A stretch of 64,000 bases of DNA, from contig JALUTT010000144.1 in NCBI GenBank assembly GCA_027021705.1, forward strand, positions 1 to 64,000, written 5' to 3'. Position numbers and translations under genes: made by a program. The stretch comes from Anaerolineae bacterium. GTDB lineage: Bacteria; Chloroflexota; Anaerolineae; S140-20. Within the stretch, counting starts at the first letter, position 1; every line of letters starts with the position of its first letter. The notes below the pieces were generated by a model, which was given only the letters and a program-made list of their open reading frames with translations, ran no database searches and was not told the DNA's origin. This document shows, one piece after another, positions 59,392 through 64,000 of this stretch.

Positions 59392-59563
59392 TTCGTGCCG
59401 GCCTGGGGTAGGGGCGCAATTGGAATTGCGCCCTTTCGGTGATTCGGTGATTCAGGGGGGCTCGGATTAGAAGGTCCAGGCCGGGCAAAGGGGGGCAGCC
59501 ACTGGTGCTGCTCCCGCTTCGTGCCGGCCTGGGGTAGGGGCGCAATTGGAATTGCGTCCCTAC
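59392..59563. repeat. Two direct copies of a GTAG-REP-like palindrome (59392-59434 and 59518-59563)
   Basis: TTCGTGCCGGCCTGGGGTAGGGGCGCAATTGGAATTGCG(C/T)CC. Confidence 0.8.
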
Positions 59564-59579
59564 TTGTGGGTAATCGCCA
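59562..59579. mobile_element. Right end of MITE family A
   Basis: ACTTGTGGGTAATCGCC. Confidence 0.55.
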
Positions 59580-59592
59580 GAGGGGCATCCCT

Positions 59593-59620
59593 TTGACATT
59601 GGACGACAACGACGTATAAT
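59593..59620 (+). promoter_or_regulatory. Consensus sigma70 promoter of the STAND island
   Basis: TTGACA-16-TATAAT. Confidence 0.75.
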
Positions 59621-59713
59621 GGGGATGTACATCCGCAATGCCGACCGCCGTTTTGGGTGAAGGCTTTAATGCGGGCAAGATGACGAAGTGTGTGTTCAAG
59701 TATGAGGCAAGCA

Positions 59714-60970
59714 ATGAGCGAAGAGGCAGATCGCAAGCGTCGGGAGGATCTGGAGGAGCACATCCGTGAGACGCTGGACCTCATCAGAGAGTACGAGGAG
59801 AAACGCAGGCTCTCGGATGATCCCAAGGAGCAACGGGACTACGAACAGGAAATCACCGACCTGCGCCGGTTGTTGGCGAGGTATCAGGCTGAATTGGATG
59901 AACTGGAGAAAAGAGCGGAAGCGCCATCGGGTACATTGTGGCCTCCTAATATCCCCAACGAACGCTATTACCCTTTGCCTGGCCGGGAGCGGGATTTGGA
60001 CACCCTGTTAGATGTGCTGGCAGCCCCTCAGGCTCCTCCAGTGGTCGTCATTGATGGGCTGGGCGGTTTGGGCAAGACGGCGATGGCCGTGGAGCTAGCT
60101 CGACGTGCCTTGCGCCGGGGGATGTTCGAGGGTGTGGTCGGTGATAGCGCGAAACGGGAACTCTTCACTGCCGGAGAGGTCGTGCCGATACGCGAAGCAA
60201 CCCTCGACTTCGATAGCTTGTTGAATGCCATTGCTTGCCAGTTGGGACGTTGGGAGATACCTACTCTGAAGAGGGAGGAAAAGCAAGCAGTCTTGGCCCG
60301 CATTCTCCGTCAACACCGCTACCTAGTGTTAGTGGATAACCTCGAAACGGCTGAGAATGCCAACGCTCTGGTCGCTTACCTACCAAGCTTCCTCAACGGC
60401 AGCCGAGCCATTGTCACCAGTCGTAAGAGGCTACGTCAAGGTTTTGTTCGTTCTCTCTCCCTGCAAGGGCTCGATGTGGAGGATTCCTTGTTCTTTCTGC
60501 GGACAGATGCAGAGCAGCGTGGAGTGCGACAGATTCTGGAGGCACCAGAAGAGAGATTGATCGAAATCCACAGTATCACTGGCGGAGCACCCCTTGCATT
60601 GAAGTTGGTCGTAGCCCAGGCAGGGTTCCTGGACCTGGACCTGGTGTTGAGGCGGTTGCGGCAGGCCAAGGGTGACCTGTACCCATTTATCTTTCTCCAG
60701 AGTTGGAACCAGCTCTCACCAGCGGCCCAACGGGCACTCATCTATATCGGTAGGACAGTGGTGACAACTGTGAGTTGGGAGGAGTTGAGTGGTGTGGGTA
60801 TTGCTGAAGACGAAGAGGAGTTGGTGGAAGCGATCGACCAGTTGGTCGCTTACTCCCTGCTGGAGGTCTCTTCCAGTGCAGGTCAGATCCGTTATGGAAT
60901 TCATCAGCTCACGCGCCATTTCGTGGACAACGACCTTCCGAAATTGTGGCAAGAACAGGGGTTACTGTAG
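59714..60970 (+). CDS. STAND/NB-ARC ATPase with N-terminal EAD-like helical domain and no fused sensor repeats
   Basis: GLGGLGKT, LVLVDNLE, VTSR, GGAPLAL, YGIHQLTR then stop. Confidence 0.85.
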   Translation: MSEEADRKRREDLEEHIRETLDLIREYEEKRRLSDDPKEQRDYEQEITDLRRLLARYQAELDELEKRAEAPSGTLWPPNIPNERYYPLPGRERDLDTLLDVLAAPQAPPVVVIDGLGGLGKTAMAVELARRALRRGMFEGVVGDSAKRELFTAGEVVPIREATLDFDSLLNAIACQLGRWEIPTLKREEKQAVLARILRQHRYLVLVDNLETAENANALVAYLPSFLNGSRAIVTSRKRLRQGFVRSLSLQGLDVEDSLFFLRTDAEQRGVRQILEAPEERLIEIHSITGGAPLALKLVVAQAGFLDLDLVLRRLRQAKGDLYPFIFLQSWNQLSPAAQRALIYIGRTVVTTVSWEELSGVGIAEDEEELVEAIDQLVAYSLLEVSSSAGQIRYGIHQLTRHFVDNDLPKLWQEQGLL

Positions 60971-61002
60971 TTGTATAGTAGGCTTACCAGGCTGTGTCTG
61001 AG

Positions 61003-62211
61003 ATGGTTAAAAGCTCTAGGAATCAGGTTGTTCATCACTGGAGATCGTCAGACCGCTTGGCAGCGGAGACACGCCTAAGGTTGGCTCGCCGCTATCGCGA
61101 TCGATACGAGCGGCTAGATGATGAATTCGCCAACTTACGGGCAACCTGGTTCTGGTTAAGCACTCAGACCGATAAGGAAGCGACACAACTCTTGCTCGCC
61201 TATCTCGACACCCTATCGGCCTACCTGCGGCAGAGGGGACTCCATGCCGAGTTGCTGCGATGGTGCGGGGTCGGCCTACGGGCTTGTGCGAGGCTACAGC
61301 AGAACCCCGGTCGACTGCTGCTATTACGCAGCGAAGCAGAAAACGCCCTTGGCCGATGGGACGAGGCGGCTGTCAGCATCCAGGCTGCAATCGAGGCAAG
61401 CAAGGGAGTGGACCCAGGCACTTATGCACGGGCTGTCTTTGCTCTTGGGCGCTTGCAGGTAAATCAAGGAAATTATAGGGAGGGCCTTGAAGCCCTGTCC
61501 AGAGCCGAAAGGCTGCTGTCCGAGCAATCTGACTATGAGGGAGTGGCTGCTGTCCGCTTAGAGTTGGCGACATACCAACTTAACTGTGGGGAGTTGGATG
61601 AGGCACTTTCGCTCTATCGCAGCGTGGATCAACTCCGAAAGCAGGCGGGGGCTACCGAGACATCAGACTACATCTTGCTGATGCTGGGAGTCGTCCATCG
61701 TAAGAAAAGGGAGTATGAACAGGCAATAACATATCTGCAAAGCCTACTCGATCGGAGCGAAGAGCGGCGTGCACGTGGGGCTGCTGCCGCAGCGGCTCAT
61801 CATCTGGCATGGGTCTATCTGAATCTGGGTGATCTGGAGCAGGCCAGACGTCTGTGCGGACGCGCCATATCGTTATACGAGAGGATCGGAGACACGAGAG
61901 GCGCCTCCGATGCTTACGAACAACTAGGACTCATTGCCTACGCCGAAGGTGGGCAGGAGGAGGCTTTGTATCATCTAGAGCGGTCGCTGGTAATTCGCCG
62001 CCGGTTGGGCAACCAGCATGGCATGGCCAGTAGCCTGCGCCGTCTTGCTGTAATTCACATCCGAATGGGTCGCCTACTGACTGGTGCACGTGAATTGTGG
62101 CAGAGTCTGGCTCTCTATCGACGTCTGGGCGTACTCACCCGCCATCGAATCGCTGCGGTCCTGCGCGAACTTCTCGACTGGACGGTAGGGAAACAACGAT
62201 GGACAGTGTAG
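61003..62211 (+). CDS. Stand-alone TPR protein
   Basis: RLDDEFANLRA helix followed by TPR-like repeats (A..LG....G...A......SL); alternative GTG start at 60994. Confidence 0.85.
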   Translation: MVKSSRNQVVHHWRSSDRLAAETRLRLARRYRDRYERLDDEFANLRATWFWLSTQTDKEATQLLLAYLDTLSAYLRQRGLHAELLRWCGVGLRACARLQQNPGRLLLLRSEAENALGRWDEAAVSIQAAIEASKGVDPGTYARAVFALGRLQVNQGNYREGLEALSRAERLLSEQSDYEGVAAVRLELATYQLNCGELDEALSLYRSVDQLRKQAGATETSDYILLMLGVVHRKKREYEQAITYLQSLLDRSEERRARGAAAAAAHHLAWVYLNLGDLEQARRLCGRAISLYERIGDTRGASDAYEQLGLIAYAEGGQEEALYHLERSLVIRRRLGNQHGMASSLRRLAVIHIRMGRLLTGARELWQSLALYRRLGVLTRHRIAAVLRELLDWTVGKQRWTV

Positions 62212-63428
62212 AGGTTTCTAAGCAGCAGGCCGAAACCGTTACATTCTACTGTGATTCGCCTGCCAGAGCGGTTGCCTACCGTCTCTCTCTTGCCCAACGA
62301 GCGGCCGACGACCATCTGACGCTAGCACGCGAACTGTCCAACCTTCTTGAGGCGGCACGGCTGTGCTATGAGATGCGAGATTGGGAACGAGTAGCAGCCT
62401 TCCGGGATGCCCTTCATCCCTTCCTCGACCTGCGAGGCCACTGGAACGTGAGCCTTACTTTGAACGAATGGGCCCGTCACGCAGCGCAGGCCCTTGGAGA
62501 TCTGCTCAGCGCTGCTCGGTGGACGCACGACCGGGCCGACATCTTGCATCAGCAAGGCGATTATCGGGAAGCGGAGGAACTGTACAGAGCTGCGGAGGAA
62601 GCTTACCGGGCGTTGGATGAGCACGCGATGGCTCTAAGAAGCCGCCATATGCGATCACTGGTCGTGCGTGCCCAAGGGCGGTTGACCGAGGCGGAACGCC
62701 TCTGCGAGACGACCATTACCGAGGCCAGGAGATTGGAACTGGGATGTTGGCTGGCTCATCCTCTCTATGTGCGGGGCCTCCTGGCCCGCGATCGAGGTGA
62801 CTTTCGTAAAGCCAGGAGGTTCGTTCAGGAAGGCTTGGCGCTTTTGATAGATACCGATGAACAGGCGATGATTGCCCAGTGCTACCATTTTCTTGGCGAG
62901 GTGGCTTTGTTGGAGGGCAATCTTGCCGAGGCTCGGGAGCAGTTGGAGAACAGTCTCCGACTGAGCCAGCAGGTTGGCATTCTGCGCCGGGTAGCAGCTA
63001 CCCAGCGTCTCCTAGGGGACCTGGCACGGATCGAGGGACGCTATAAGCAAGCTGAGAGACTTTATCGTGATGCGTTGGAGATAGCCGACCGCCTTGGGGA
63101 TCGCCCCCAATTTGCACGACTTCTTCTCTCCAGGTCTCAGTTGATGGCCCGACTGGGAAGAATTCAGGAAGCAATTGATTTACTGGAAGGCGCGGTGTCC
63201 ATTTACGAAGAGATTGGGGATATGAGGGGAGTGGCAGGAACCTCTGTGCTTTTGGCTCGGTTATACTTTTCTCAAAGGCGAGGATGGCAGGCAATTCGAG
63301 TGGCCACCCGAGCGCTTAAAGTGGCTGGATCGGCCGGGTTGCTCCGCCCGTATGTCCTCGTGGGAGCGATGCGAAGATGGCACGTAGAGAGGACCTTGAA
63401 GGTTATATCTGCGAATCTTACAGGCTGA
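62199..63428 (+). CDS. Second stand-alone TPR protein
   Basis: ELSNLLEAA...FLDLRGHW followed by TPR repeats. Confidence 0.85.
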   Translation: MDSVEVSKQQAETVTFYCDSPARAVAYRLSLAQRAADDHLTLARELSNLLEAARLCYEMRDWERVAAFRDALHPFLDLRGHWNVSLTLNEWARHAAQALGDLLSAARWTHDRADILHQQGDYREAEELYRAAEEAYRALDEHAMALRSRHMRSLVVRAQGRLTEAERLCETTITEARRLELGCWLAHPLYVRGLLARDRGDFRKARRFVQEGLALLIDTDEQAMIAQCYHFLGEVALLEGNLAEAREQLENSLRLSQQVGILRRVAATQRLLGDLARIEGRYKQAERLYRDALEIADRLGDRPQFARLLLSRSQLMARLGRIQEAIDLLEGAVSIYEEIGDMRGVAGTSVLLARLYFSQRRGWQAIRVATRALKVAGSAGLLRPYVLVGAMRRWHVERTLKVISANLTG

Positions 63429-63709
63429 TTCGCGAGTACGAGGGTATCCTGCGCCTTTCCTCCGACCTACAGGAAAAGGCGCGTGCTCGGCGTGCCATCG
63501 AAGAGCAATGGGTGCTGATCGAGGGGTACCTGGAGCAGCATACTCCCCACCGCGCCCCGGTCATTGGGACCGGCTCAGCGATTCGTAGAGGCGGACGGTC
63601 TCCGGGGTCGGCTCGACCTGGAGTTCCTCCCTCAGCCGCCGGACACAGCGCCGGTAGGTGCGCATGGCCTGAGCCCGGTTGCCCAGCTCGGCGTAGGCAA
63701 CCATCATGA
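63377..63709 (+). CDS. Small ORF or remnant with EAD-like domain paralogous to the STAND N-terminus
   Basis: RREDLEGYICESYRLIREYEGILRLSSD vs RREDLEEHIRETLDLIREYEEKRRLSDD; tail after ~63545 is antisense to the next gene. Confidence 0.6.
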   Translation: MARREDLEGYICESYRLIREYEGILRLSSDLQEKARARRAIEEQWVLIEGYLEQHTPHRAPVIGTGSAIRRGGRSPGSARPGVPPSAAGHSAGRCAWPEPGCPARRRQPS

Positions 63710-64000
63710 GCCGGTACGCCTGCTCCCAGCACGGATCCCGCCCCAAAATGGCCTGACAGACCTCGATGACTTCTTCCCACCGCTCCCCCTCGGCCAAGGC
63801 CCGGGCCAGCCGGTCGGCGGTGCGCAGGTAGAGGGTGAGCAGCCGCTCCCGCTCCTCACTGCACCACTCCTCGTAGAGGCGCTCTTCCAGGTAGTTCCCC
63901 CGGTAGAGGCGGAGGGCCTGCCGGTATCGCTCGATCCTCCCCTCCGGGTCGCTCCCGGCGAGCCGGTCTCCCTCGACGATGGCCCGCTCGAAGGCCTCCG
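63561..64000 (-). CDS. BTAD-domain (SARP/AfsR-like) transcriptional regulator, 3' part
   Basis: ALRLYRGNYL...W...ERERL...DP.WEQAYRLMM.AY...GNRAQAMRTY...L.EEL.VEP.PET..LY. Confidence 0.9.
   Translation of the reverse strand, partial: EAFERAIVEGDRLAGSDPEGRIERYRQALRLYRGNYLEERLYEEWCSEERERLLTLYLRTADRLARALAEGERWEEVIEVCQAILGRDPCWEQAYRLMMVAYAELGNRAQAMRTYRRCVRRLREELQVEPTPETVRLYESLSRSQ

Overview
A 64-kb high-GC bacterial window, probably from a Chloroflexota (Anaerolineae-like, likely thermophilic) genome; this is inferred from the LysW pathway, many HEPN/MNT pairs and 'YLPxVLR'-type secreted proteins. In order: (1) 1-18.1 kb, a surface-glycan locus (UDP-sulfoquinovose synthase, epimerase, flippase, sulfotransferase, GT2/GT4/GT-C enzymes, AlkP-family enzyme, deacetylase) interleaved with HEPN/MNT modules and a Uma2 remnant; (2) 18.3-24.6 kb, a lysW-X-Y-Z-J-hcs operon preceded by a Lys-rich leader peptide and attenuator, with the leader and lysW both absent from the ORF track; (3) a methyltransferase, YfhO, an MBL-STAS-pseudokinase-ATPase fusion and rnj; (4) 33.8-45.6 kb, a TetR-led acyl-CoA catabolic/ETF operon, V4R protein and CoA-transferase-like pair; (5) lysN-like aminotransferase, thioesterase, and an NB-ARC/21xWD40 NLR-like protein with an N-terminal amyloid-like motif; (6) a two-component system with a four-helix-bundle gene flanked by inverted octamer arrays, then secreted proteins; (7) an AT-richer island with an EAD-like-STAND ATPase, two stand-alone TPR genes and a second EAD-like ORF, then a partial BTAD regulator. 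Intergenic DNA holds several repeat families, including a MITE whose ends repeatedly lie 13-14 bp from a TTGACA-like -35 box. No rRNA, tRNA or CRISPR array was seen. All family assignments come from reading motifs by eye; no database search was run.
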